Assembly: GCA_027251445.1 (NCBI GenBank)
Contig: JAPNQO010000086.1
Coordinates: 1-20,222, forward strand
Source: Fidelibacterota bacterium
GTDB taxonomy: Bacteria > Fidelibacterota > Marinisomatia > Marinisomatales > TCS55
DNA length: 20,222 nt
Direction: 5' to 3'
Shown here: one piece after another, positions 1 to 7,476 of the stretch
Layout: each line of letters opens with the position of its first letter
Numbering within the stretch: the first letter of the stretch is position 1
The notes under the pieces: generated by a model
What the model was told of the DNA's origin: nothing
What the model saw: only the letters and a program-made list of their open reading frames with translations
Databases searched by the model: none
Translations under genes and position numbers: made by a program

Positions 1-43
1 AAAAAATAATGAAAAATATCCCGCAGATAAATTTAAAGGACAT
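1..43 (-). CDS. Possible 5' end of a gene running off the left edge (signal-peptide-like N-terminus)
   Basis: ATG at 43-41 opens MSFKFICGIFFIIF... with no stop before the window edge. A basic residue followed by a hydrophobic run resembles a signal peptide. It is divergent from the 175 ORF. Only 14 codons are visible. Confidence 0.3.
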   Translation of the reverse strand, partial: MSFKFICGIFFIIF

Positions 44-174
44 TTTTAATCATTAAGCTTTTGTACTTACTATTAATTAATTCAAATTTTAACATACCTA
101 TTTTTTCATTAATAACTATATAAATATGGTAGGTTCTATTTTATATATTTATTATTATTACTTGGAAGCAGTCT

Positions 175-600
175 ATGGCTAAACAAAATAGAAATGAATC
201 ATGTGATTGTGGCAGTGGAAAAAAATATAAAGTCTGTCATGGTAAATTGGATAAAGGATTAAATCAGCAATGGATGGTTATTGGAGCAATTGGAGCAATA
301 TTCCTGATTTTCTTTTTTATTTTATCTGATTCAAACTCTTCTACAACAGCTACCAATGTAGCACCATTACCTATGGCACCAAGTGCAGTTGGTACCGCTG
401 GATATCAACAGCCGCCAGGACAGGCACCACCAGGGAAAGTATGGTCACCAGAACATGGCCACTGGCATGATATAAACCCAAACATGCCACCACCTACTTC
501 ATTACCGACAAATAATGCTCCTAGACAACAGCCGCCAGGACAAGCACCACCAGGGAAAGTATGGTCACCAGAACATGGCCACTGGCATGATATTCAGTAA
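175..600 (+). CDS. SEC-C motif single-pass membrane protein with a duplicated Pro/His-rich C-terminal repeat
   Basis: N-terminal RNESCDCGSGKKYKVCHG matches the SEC-C metal-binding motif. One hydrophobic helix (WMVIGAIGAIFLIFFFILS) follows, then two copies of QQPPGQAPPGKVWSPEHGHWHDI. Confidence 0.85.
   Translation: MAKQNRNESCDCGSGKKYKVCHGKLDKGLNQQWMVIGAIGAIFLIFFFILSDSNSSTTATNVAPLPMAPSAVGTAGYQQPPGQAPPGKVWSPEHGHWHDINPNMPPPTSLPTNNAPRQQPPGQAPPGKVWSPEHGHWHDIQ
406..593 (+). repeat. Intragenic 68-bp direct repeat, two copies (406-473 and 526-593), 120-bp period
   Basis: caacagccgccaggaca(g/a)gcaccaccagggaaagtatggtcaccagaacatggccactggcatgatat occurs twice, with one synonymous mismatch (423 vs 543). 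Confidence 0.95.
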
Positions 601-613
601 TATTTCTTATTAA

Positions 614-1009
614 TTAATCTTCAGATATATCAATTGTAATTCCTAATTGCTCTGCTACGACTGCTGCAGAGTCAATTTCTGCAGATAAAACCATTCCATC
701 AGCATCAATTAGCTCAGTGATCTTTGGAGCTAATTCATTTTGAAGCTGCTCTTGACTATAATGATTCTTAAGTTTCTTGCATATAGCAATAAGATGATTT
801 TTTCGTTCAAAGTTGTCCATTGGAAGAATTGTTTGATATGCTGACTGTAGAATCTCCTGTGCTCGATCCGGTGTATGATCAGGAAATAGAGCGCTTAAGG
901 TGTCTGCCCATACTTCTTTTTCTTCCCAATCAATTTGGTTATCTGCGAATTGTAAACATGAAAATAAATGTGTAACTAATTCTAACGGTGTAAGATTATT
1001 AAGTGTCAT
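614..1009 (-). CDS. TerB-like (tellurite resistance TerB fold) helical protein
   Basis: Two TerB-type acidic motifs, LQFADNQIDWEE and LIDADGMVLSAE. Start moved from the ORF-track TTG (1027) to ATG 1009, which is preceded by an AAGGA Shine-Dalgarno-like sequence and lies just after the bolA stop. Confidence 0.65.
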   Translation of the reverse strand: MTLNNLTPLELVTHLFSCLQFADNQIDWEEKEVWADTLSALFPDHTPDRAQEILQSAYQTILPMDNFERKNHLIAICKKLKNHYSQEQLQNELAPKITELIDADGMVLSAEIDSAAVVAEQLGITIDISED

Positions 1010-1011
1010 AA

Positions 1012-1284
1012 TTATTCCTTTTTCCAATCACTTGTTGATATGGTTTTTAAAGCCAATGCGTGAATTTCTTTTTTAATCATTCCTTCTAATGCTGTATAAA
1101 CAAGTTTATGTTGTTCTAAAAGAGATAATCCTTCAAAAGCGCTAGATACTATCTCTAGCTTAAAATGACCACCTCCATCATAATTTTTATGATTTAAATG
1201 TTTATCTGTATCATTTAGAATTGATAAATAATCAATGTCCATTGACTCTTCTAATAGTAATTTTATTTTATTGTCTAAATTCAT
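1012..1284 (-). CDS. bolA: BolA family protein
   Basis: 90 aa with the BolA hallmarks HFKLEIVSSAFEGLSLLEQHKLVY and IHALALKT. Confidence 0.92.
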   Translation of the reverse strand: MNLDNKIKLLLEESMDIDYLSILNDTDKHLNHKNYDGGGHFKLEIVSSAFEGLSLLEQHKLVYTALEGMIKKEIHALALKTISTSDWKKE

Positions 1285-1327
1285 TTAAATAATAATTAAT
1301 TTAATTTACTATGTAAATTATACAGCA

Positions 1328-1714
1328 ATGGAAATCCCAAATCAAATACAACTTACACAAAAAGATAAAGACCGGTATAAGAAAGAAATCGAAGCGATTG
1401 ATGTAAATATCGAAAATTCAATTATGCAGTTGATACCTGAAAAGTTAGAATTATTGATAAGTTCTCCAAATCTTGATGATGCCCAGTTGCAATTAGTGCA
1501 AGATGTAGCAAAACTTTATCAATTTGTATGTGCTTATCCGATTGAAAGTAAAGAACTCAAACAAAAGATTATTTTTGCTTTGCAATACTTTGTAAATCCA
1601 GATGATGATATACCAGATAGTATTCCTAATTTAGGATTTATTGATGATGCTGCTGTAGTTCGTTGGATCGTAGATGATATCATTGATGATAATAGAGAAA
1701 TAATACAGGCGTAA
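1328..1714 (+). CDS. DUF1232/YkvA family protein
   Basis: ALQYFVNPDDDIPDSIPNLGFIDDAAVV matches the DUF1232 signature (Y..P.D.IPD..P..G..DD). Confidence 0.85.
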   Translation: MEIPNQIQLTQKDKDRYKKEIEAIDVNIENSIMQLIPEKLELLISSPNLDDAQLQLVQDVAKLYQFVCAYPIESKELKQKIIFALQYFVNPDDDIPDSIPNLGFIDDAAVVRWIVDDIIDDNREIIQA

Positions 1715-1728
1715 TACTAGAATATAAG

Positions 1729-1758
1729 ACAGGCAATTCTGTTGGGTAGAATTACTGT
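1729..1758. terminator. Imperfect hairpin between convergent genes, possible terminator
   Basis: ACAG-gc-AATTCT-(gttgggt)-AGAATT-a-CTGT lies between the stops at 1714 (+) and 1758 (-). The U-tract is weak. Confidence 0.3.
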
Positions 1759-2000
1759 TATGGTGCTTTTCTGGCGGTGCCGCTATTCGGGCAGTTGACA
1801 TCTTGCGTTAGATCTTCTTCAGAAAACTGAAATTGACATTTTGGACACCACCAAGGTTTGCCAAAATAAGCAGGATTATCTTCATTGAGTTGCCAGGTAA
1901 CTGTTGGATCTGCAGGACAATTTCGTTCATTGCCGGGTTCAGGCCATTTGTAATCAGGTCTAAATTTAAATGAAGGGTCCGGTATGTGGAAATCATTCAT
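1758..2000 (-). CDS. Small hypothetical protein, possible degenerate zinc ribbon
   Basis: 80 aa with CPAD...WWCPKC and a further CPNS. Trp/Pro-rich, with an upstream promoter-like sequence. Confidence 0.6.
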   Translation of the reverse strand: MNDFHIPDPSFKFRPDYKWPEPGNERNCPADPTVTWQLNEDNPAYFGKPWWCPKCQFQFSEEDLTQDVNCPNSGTARKAP

Positions 2001-2052
2001 AATATAAATTTACAGATATTATTTATAGCAGCAATACTCTTATTTTTAATAT

Positions 2053-2490
2053 TTATATAGAAAGCCAAATCAATTCCATAAAAAATATTATAAATGCTAT
2101 TCCAACATATCTAATTACTCTAGCCTCTGCTCTTGCAGCTTTTAGATAACTATATTGATTTTGATAATATAAAAATACTTGCTTCACTGCTCCTGGTGGG
2201 ACATAAATCCTTTTTACAGCATCTGAAAACATGATATGATCTCTTACGCGTTCAGTTTCTTCAGGGGGCAGATAGCTTACTTCATGAAAGCCTGGTAAAA
2301 CTGGAATTGGATCTACTATCGGAGTTTCACCAATAAAAACACCATCAACAAAAAGAGGAACACCTAAACTATCAGCTTTTATATCTAAGAATCCTGTGTA
2401 TACAGCAAACCCAGAGCTTACTGTATCAACTTCTTGAGCATAAACAAATGAAATTATAATGTAAGTCACGCATAATTTTACAAAATGCAT
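2053..2490 (-). CDS. PEGA-domain exported protein with C-terminal membrane anchor
   Basis: Signal peptide ending VYA-QEV, PEGA-like GFLDIKADSLGVPLFVDGVFIGETP...LPGFHEVSY, and a C-terminal hydrophobic helix (YVGIAFIIFFMELIWLSI). Confidence 0.75.
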   Translation of the reverse strand: MHFVKLCVTYIIISFVYAQEVDTVSSGFAVYTGFLDIKADSLGVPLFVDGVFIGETPIVDPIPVLPGFHEVSYLPPEETERVRDHIMFSDAVKRIYVPPGAVKQVFLYYQNQYSYLKAARAEARVIRYVGIAFIIFFMELIWLSI

Positions 2491-2495
2491 GTCCC

Positions 2496-2524
2496 AAATT
2501 ATTCTGAGAACATTATTGATTCAA
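2496..2524 (-). promoter_or_regulatory. Putative sigma70-type promoter for the PEGA gene (likely leaderless)
   Basis: Minus strand reads TTGAAT (2524-2519), 17 nt, TAATTT (2501-2496), 5 nt, then ATG at 2490. Confidence 0.45.
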
Positions 2525-2590
2525 CAAGTTAATTGGTTGTATTTACCGCTTAGTAATTAGAATTTTCCATTGGATTTTTCTACGAATTAG

Positions 2591-4420
2591 ATGAAAAACA
2601 AAAATTTTCTGATAATAAATATAATATTATGCACTTTTTCTTGTGCATATTTCAATACGTTCTACAATGCTGAACAATATTTTAAGAAAGCAGAAAAGAT
2701 ACGATTAGAAAAAGCAGGAGAATCAATTCCTGTATCTGCTATTGATGATTATTCAAAAGTTATTGAAAAATCAAAACGAGTACTAGATGAATTTCCTGAA
2801 ACAAACTATAGAAAAGATGCTCTTTTATTGATTGGAAAGTCTCATTTTTATAGAGAAGAATTTCGTTTGGCAGAAGCAACATTTCAACAATTTGAAGAAG
2901 AGTTTGGTGAAGAATATCTTTTTGAAAGTGCTTTCTGGAAATCTATGGTAAAATGGAGACAAGGTAAATCGCAGGCTGCTCTCGAAAATTTGAAAGAAAT
3001 TATAAATGATCAATTAATACCAGATCAGCAATCTAAAGTATTTTTATCAATAGCAGAAATTCAACTTGAATTAAGCTTAGATTCTTCTGCTCTTGATAAT
3101 TTGCTAAAAGGGGCTGAACTAACAACTGATACGGAACAAAGAGGGCAGATATATTATCGTATTTCACTTCTAGCATACGATAAAGAAGATTATGCATTAG
3201 CCTTACAGGCTAATAAAAATCTTTTAAGGTATACAACTTCTAAAAAGAGGATTGAAGAAGCAAAACTACAAATTGTTCGAATAAATCGTCTTTTGGGTAA
3301 TTGGGATATAGTTATGTCTGAAATTAAGACCATTCTTATAGATGATCGTTTTACAAGAATTCATGGAAATCTTGAAATAGAATTAGTACAACTATATCAG
3401 ATGAAAGGTGAGAATAATCTAGCAAAAAATCGATTAGAATCTATTATTACAGATTATCCAAGAACAGAAACCTCTGCTGAAGCATATTATATGCTTGGAG
3501 AAATAGCAATTAATGAAAATTGGGATTTAGAGGAGGCAGAAAAACAATATAGTCAAGTAACACGTGAATATCGTAAATCTCAATATACACCAACTGCTAA
3601 TCTTCGAGTAAAGCAAATCAAATCATATAATGACTCAAAGTCATCAATTTTAGAATTACATAAGGAATCTTTTAATAAAATTAATAATGACAGCACTAAT
3701 ACAGATTCAGCTTTAGGTTTTCAACCAAAGAATATGGAAAATGGTGTTAATTATGAAGCTTTAGCAAACCATTATTACAATTTGGGAGAATTAGAAGCAT
3801 TTCATTTTAATCGCCCTAAAGCAGCAATTTCACATTTTTTAATGATTATAGATAGCCTTCCAAAAACATCTCAATACAGCAAATCTTTATTTACTTCTTC
3901 ATATATTGCTGATATTGAGGGTGATTCATCCTTAGCTATTTCATTACGGGACTCATTATTAGATCAATATCCAAGATCTGAATATGCAGAATATTTACGT
4001 ATGAGGTATGATATGTCGGATATTGATGGATCATCAAATAAATTATTTAGAAAAGGTGAAGTAGAATGGTATAATAATCCAATAGAAGCTTTGGATATAT
4101 TTAGAAAAATTTTATTACAGGATAAAGAAAGCGATGTTTCTGCCCGTTCAGCAATGTATCTTGCTGTAAGGTATGATCGCTATTTTTCTAAAGCCGATAG
4201 TGCTCTTTTTTATTATGATTGGCTTCAAAAGTACAAACCTGATAGCGAACAGGCGCTAGCTACTGTAAATCGTTTTAGTGAATTAAAAAATACAATATCA
4301 ATTTTAAGAGAAGTTGATTCTATTAAAGCAAATGTAGTTAATGATACATCAGGAATTGTAAATACATCTTTATTAAATGATAGTACAGATTTGCAAAAGG
4401 ATAGTTTAATTGAAAATTGA
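2591..4420 (+). CDS. Tetratricopeptide-repeat lipoprotein (envelope)
   Basis: Lipoprotein-type signal MKNKNFLIINIILCTFS-C followed by AYFNTFYNA. Many TPR-like helical pairs ending in YP/FP motifs, e.g. IITDYPRTETSAEAYYMLG and LLDQYPRSEYA. Confidence 0.85.
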   Translation: MKNKNFLIINIILCTFSCAYFNTFYNAEQYFKKAEKIRLEKAGESIPVSAIDDYSKVIEKSKRVLDEFPETNYRKDALLLIGKSHFYREEFRLAEATFQQFEEEFGEEYLFESAFWKSMVKWRQGKSQAALENLKEIINDQLIPDQQSKVFLSIAEIQLELSLDSSALDNLLKGAELTTDTEQRGQIYYRISLLAYDKEDYALALQANKNLLRYTTSKKRIEEAKLQIVRINRLLGNWDIVMSEIKTILIDDRFTRIHGNLEIELVQLYQMKGENNLAKNRLESIITDYPRTETSAEAYYMLGEIAINENWDLEEAEKQYSQVTREYRKSQYTPTANLRVKQIKSYNDSKSSILELHKESFNKINNDSTNTDSALGFQPKNMENGVNYEALANHYYNLGELEAFHFNRPKAAISHFLMIIDSLPKTSQYSKSLFTSSYIADIEGDSSLAISLRDSLLDQYPRSEYAEYLRMRYDMSDIDGSSNKLFRKGEVEWYNNPIEALDIFRKILLQDKESDVSARSAMYLAVRYDRYFSKADSALFYYDWLQKYKPDSEQALATVNRFSELKNTISILREVDSIKANVVNDTSGIVNTSLLNDSTDLQKDSLIEN

Positions 4421-5201
4421 AATTTCAACTATAACTGATAATAAGCTTATAGCATATAATATATGGAAAATGAAGATTGATGCTCCATCAATTGTTAAAC
4501 AATATTTAGGTGCGGGTCAGTTTATTCAAATATTAGTACAATCTTCATGGAATAGCCCTTTAAGAAGACCGATGAGCATTGCTTCTGTTAATAATAATGA
4601 AATTTCAATTATCTATAAGATTTTTGGTGAAATGACTAGAATCCTGTCCGAGAAAGTTCCTGGTGATAAGTTGGATATATTGGGTCCATTAGGAAATACA
4701 TTTGTTTCGGATAAAAAAAATGCTATTCCTGTTATGGTTGGAGGAGGTGTTGGTTTGGCGCCCATATTAAATATGCATAATGAATACCTTAGTCAAAATA
4801 ATAATGCTATTTTAATTTTAGGTGCGCGTTCAGCAGATGAACATTTTTTACAACATGACCCAGATAATGGTATTTATTTATCTACAGATGACGGTTCTGC
4901 AGGAGTGAAAGGAACTGTAATTAATGCTATGGATAAATATTTAGATAATTTTGAAAATATAGAAATATTTTCATGTGGTCCGGAACCAATGTTAAAGGCT
5001 GTTCAGCAATATGCTATTAATAAAAAAATACCTGCAAAGATCAGTGTAGAAAGCTATATGGGTTGTGGCATTGGTATATGTCAAGGTTGCGTTGTAGAAC
5101 GTCCTAATAATAATCAAAGTGAAAATAGTTATCATGAAAAATATTCGTTAGTGTGTATTGATGGACCTGTATACAAATCCGAAGAGGTCATTATTGTCTA
5201 G
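4410..5201 (+). CDS. pyrK: Dihydroorotate dehydrogenase B electron transfer subunit
   Basis: FAD motif RRPMSIA, GPLGN, NAD motif GGGVGLAP, CGPEPM, and [2Fe-2S] motif CGIGICQGC...VCIDGPV. TTG start overlaps the upstream gene. Confidence 0.93.
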   Translation: MKIEISTITDNKLIAYNIWKMKIDAPSIVKQYLGAGQFIQILVQSSWNSPLRRPMSIASVNNNEISIIYKIFGEMTRILSEKVPGDKLDILGPLGNTFVSDKKNAIPVMVGGGVGLAPILNMHNEYLSQNNNAILILGARSADEHFLQHDPDNGIYLSTDDGSAGVKGTVINAMDKYLDNFENIEIFSCGPEPMLKAVQQYAINKKIPAKISVESYMGCGIGICQGCVVERPNNNQSENSYHEKYSLVCIDGPVYKSEEVIIV

Positions 5202-6114
5202 AATAAGCATAAAATTAGGAAAAGTAGAATTTAAAAATCCAGTTTTTGTAGCTTCTGGAACATATGGTTATGGTAGCGAAGTATCTGAGCTAGCAGATAT
5301 TAGGAATCTTGGAGCTGTAGTAACAAAATCTATTACTAGACTTCCTAGAGAGGGTAATCCCCCTCCTAGAATCGTTGAGACATCTTCTGGAATGTTAAAT
5401 TCAATTGGACTAGCAAATATTGGAGTTGAAGAATATATAAATAAGATGATTCCTAAGTATAATAATATGGATATTCCTATAATAATGAATATAGCAGGAA
5501 GTAGTGAGGAAGAATATTGTGAGGTGATGGATTTAGTAGAATCTGTATCTTCAAATATTGTTGGATATGAAATAAATATATCTTGCCCCAATGTTAAGGT
5601 TGGAGGTATGGAGTTTGGAGTAGATTGCGAACTTACTGAAAAACTAACTTCACAATTAAGAAAACGAACAGAACGTTTGTTAATTATGAAGTTAAGCCCA
5701 AATGTTACTGATATTTCTGCTATTGCTCAATCAGCTGCAAATGGAGGAGCAGATGCAGTCTCAGCAATCAACACTTTGGTCGGAATGAGTATTAATGTTC
5801 AATCTATGAAAAGTAATATACATTATGGTTTTGCTGGTTTATCAGGACCAGCTATTAAACCTGTTGGGATTGCTTCTGTATATAAAATACACCAATCTGT
5901 TAAAATTCCAATTATTGGAATTGGTGGTATAAAATCCTCTAATGATGTGCTTGAATATATGCTAGCTGGTGCCTTTGCGGTTGAAATCGGTACTGCAAAC
6001 TATCGAGATCCAAACGTTGGAAATAATATTATCTCAGATATTAATAATTTTCTTGATGAAAATAATATTAAATCAATTAACCAGATTATTGGTAAGGTTA
6101 AATTAGGCAAATGA
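5194..6114 (+). CDS. pyrD: Dihydroorotate dehydrogenase B (class 1B) catalytic subunit
   Basis: NPVFVASGT, GNPPPRIVET, MLNSIGLAN, catalytic NISCPN, KLSPN, GLSGPAIKP; adjacent to pyrK. Start placed at TTG 5194 downstream of GAGG (the ORF track extends to 5158). Confidence 0.95.
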   Translation: MSRISIKLGKVEFKNPVFVASGTYGYGSEVSELADIRNLGAVVTKSITRLPREGNPPPRIVETSSGMLNSIGLANIGVEEYINKMIPKYNNMDIPIIMNIAGSSEEEYCEVMDLVESVSSNIVGYEINISCPNVKVGGMEFGVDCELTEKLTSQLRKRTERLLIMKLSPNVTDISAIAQSAANGGADAVSAINTLVGMSINVQSMKSNIHYGFAGLSGPAIKPVGIASVYKIHQSVKIPIIGIGGIKSSNDVLEYMLAGAFAVEIGTANYRDPNVGNNIISDINNFLDENNIKSINQIIGKVKLGK

Positions 6115-6572
6115 TAAGAATATTATTTTTTACATTAATTTTAGTTTATTTTTCTTGTACGAATTCACCACGCTATGGTAGCTCAGTTTCTTCAAAGACT
6201 ACAACTAAAAATAAATCTTTAAAAACAATGAAGCGTGTTCCTAAAGTCATTACAGGAATTAGTTCTTATTACGGAACAGATTTTCATGGAAAATTAACTG
6301 CAAATGGTGAGGTCTATGATATGTATGGACTAACTGCTGCTCATAAAACTTTACCATTAAATACTATTGTTCGAGTGACTAATTTGGAGAATAATAAATC
6401 ATTAATTTTACGTATTAATGATCGAGGGCCATATGTAAAAGGTAGAATATTAGACTGCTCGTATGGTGCAGCAAAAAAACTTGATTTTCTAGTTCAAGGT
6501 ATAACAAAGGTTAAGATAGAGCTTATTGAAATAGGTGATAATAAATATATGAAGCATAAAACTGGTTCATAG
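6111..6572 (+). CDS. rlpA: RlpA-family lipoprotein (DPBB lytic transglycosylase domain only, no SPOR domain)
   Basis: Lipobox-like YFS-C, then SYYG..FHGKLTANGE.YDM..LTAAHKTLP and RINDRGPYVKGRILD. Confidence 0.9.
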   Translation: MIRILFFTLILVYFSCTNSPRYGSSVSSKTTTKNKSLKTMKRVPKVITGISSYYGTDFHGKLTANGEVYDMYGLTAAHKTLPLNTIVRVTNLENNKSLILRINDRGPYVKGRILDCSYGAAKKLDFLVQGITKVKIELIEIGDNKYMKHKTGS

Positions 6573-6591
6573 ATAATATGTCCATACATTA

Positions 6592-6628
6592 TTGATAATG
6601 GAGCTAAATAGATGTATTTTCGCCCCGG
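6592..6628 (+). promoter_or_regulatory. Putative sigma70-type promoter upstream of cdsA and the glmL-like cluster
   Basis: TTGATA (6592-6597), 17 nt, TATTTT (6615-6620), then a GC-rich discriminator-like CGCCCCGG that stands out in an AT-rich intergenic region. Confidence 0.45.
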
Positions 6629-6643
6629 TTTTCATCCTTTATC

Positions 6644-7468
6644 ATGAATCAACTTTCAAATAATCGAACAATTATTAATGTCATTGGTATTCCTGCCATT
6701 ACTTATTTGTTATGGCAGGGTGGATTGCCATTTGCTTTTTTTGTTCTTTTAGTAATGATGATTGGTATGAATGAATTTTATAGATTAACCAAAACTAAAG
6801 ACCAATCACCGTTAAATATTATCGGCTATATCTCAACATTTCTATTAGCTGGATATTATTTCGTGTTACCTAATAGTCTTAATGGAGGGATATTACCATT
6901 TTTAACTACGCTAATCATTTTTGTTTTTCTAGTTGAAATGAAAAGAAATATTAAATACCCTACAAAAAATATAGCAATTACCATTTTTGGTATTATGTAT
7001 GTTCCTTTATTGCTTGGAACCCTTATTGCTCTTCGCAATCTAGATAGTGCACATCATACAAATTTCACCATTTGTATGATTTTATCTATTTGGATGTGTG
7101 ATTCTGCAGCATATGTATTTGGTCTTAAGTGGGGTACAAAGAAAATTTTACCTCGTGTTAGTCCCAATAAATCATGGGTTGGCTGTATTGCAGGGTTATC
7201 ATCATCCTTTTTTATATATACCATTTTTAAATATCAAGGGTTTTTACCAGATATATCCAGCATTGACATTTTCTTTTTAGCTTTAATAACTGGTTTTTTT
7301 GGTCAAGCAGGAGATTTTGCTGAATCTTTAATTAAAAGAGATCTTGGAGTTAAGGATTCTGGAACATTATTATTAGGTCATGGAGGAGTTCTTGATCGTT
7401 TTGATTCGATTATTTTTTCTAGTCCATTGACATATACATATTTAACCTTATTTTATTTTCCTAGGTAG
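6644..7468 (+). CDS. cdsA: Phosphatidate cytidylyltransferase
   Basis: Polytopic membrane protein with DSAAY..G, SPNKSWVG and GDFAESLIKRDLGVKDSGTLLLGHGGVLDRFDS. Confidence 0.96.
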   Translation: MNQLSNNRTIINVIGIPAITYLLWQGGLPFAFFVLLVMMIGMNEFYRLTKTKDQSPLNIIGYISTFLLAGYYFVLPNSLNGGILPFLTTLIIFVFLVEMKRNIKYPTKNIAITIFGIMYVPLLLGTLIALRNLDSAHHTNFTICMILSIWMCDSAAYVFGLKWGTKKILPRVSPNKSWVGCIAGLSSSFFIYTIFKYQGFLPDISSIDIFFLALITGFFGQAGDFAESLIKRDLGVKDSGTLLLGHGGVLDRFDSIIFSSPLTYTYLTLFYFPR

Positions 7469-7476
7469 TCAAAGAA

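Noticed and set aside
406..593. Repeat-spacer-repeat pattern as a CRISPR array
   Set aside because: Only two copies, 68 bp long, in frame inside a coding sequence, and no cas genes in the window.
1808..1996. Alternative-frame 62-aa ORF
   Set aside because: Nested in the 1758-2000 ORF, which has the more protein-like Cys/Trp pattern and a better placed promoter.
2591..4420. Specific assignment of the TPR lipoprotein as BamD or T9SS SprE/PorW
   Set aside because: The N-terminal YFNTFYNA and TPR pattern are suggestive, but it is much longer than BamD and no other Bam or T9SS genes are nearby. This cannot be resolved without an HMM search.
5158..5193. N-terminal extension of PyrD given by the ORF track
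   Set aside because: It would overlap the pyrK [2Fe-2S] C-terminal coding region by 44 nt. TTG 5194 after GAGG gives a normal-length protein.
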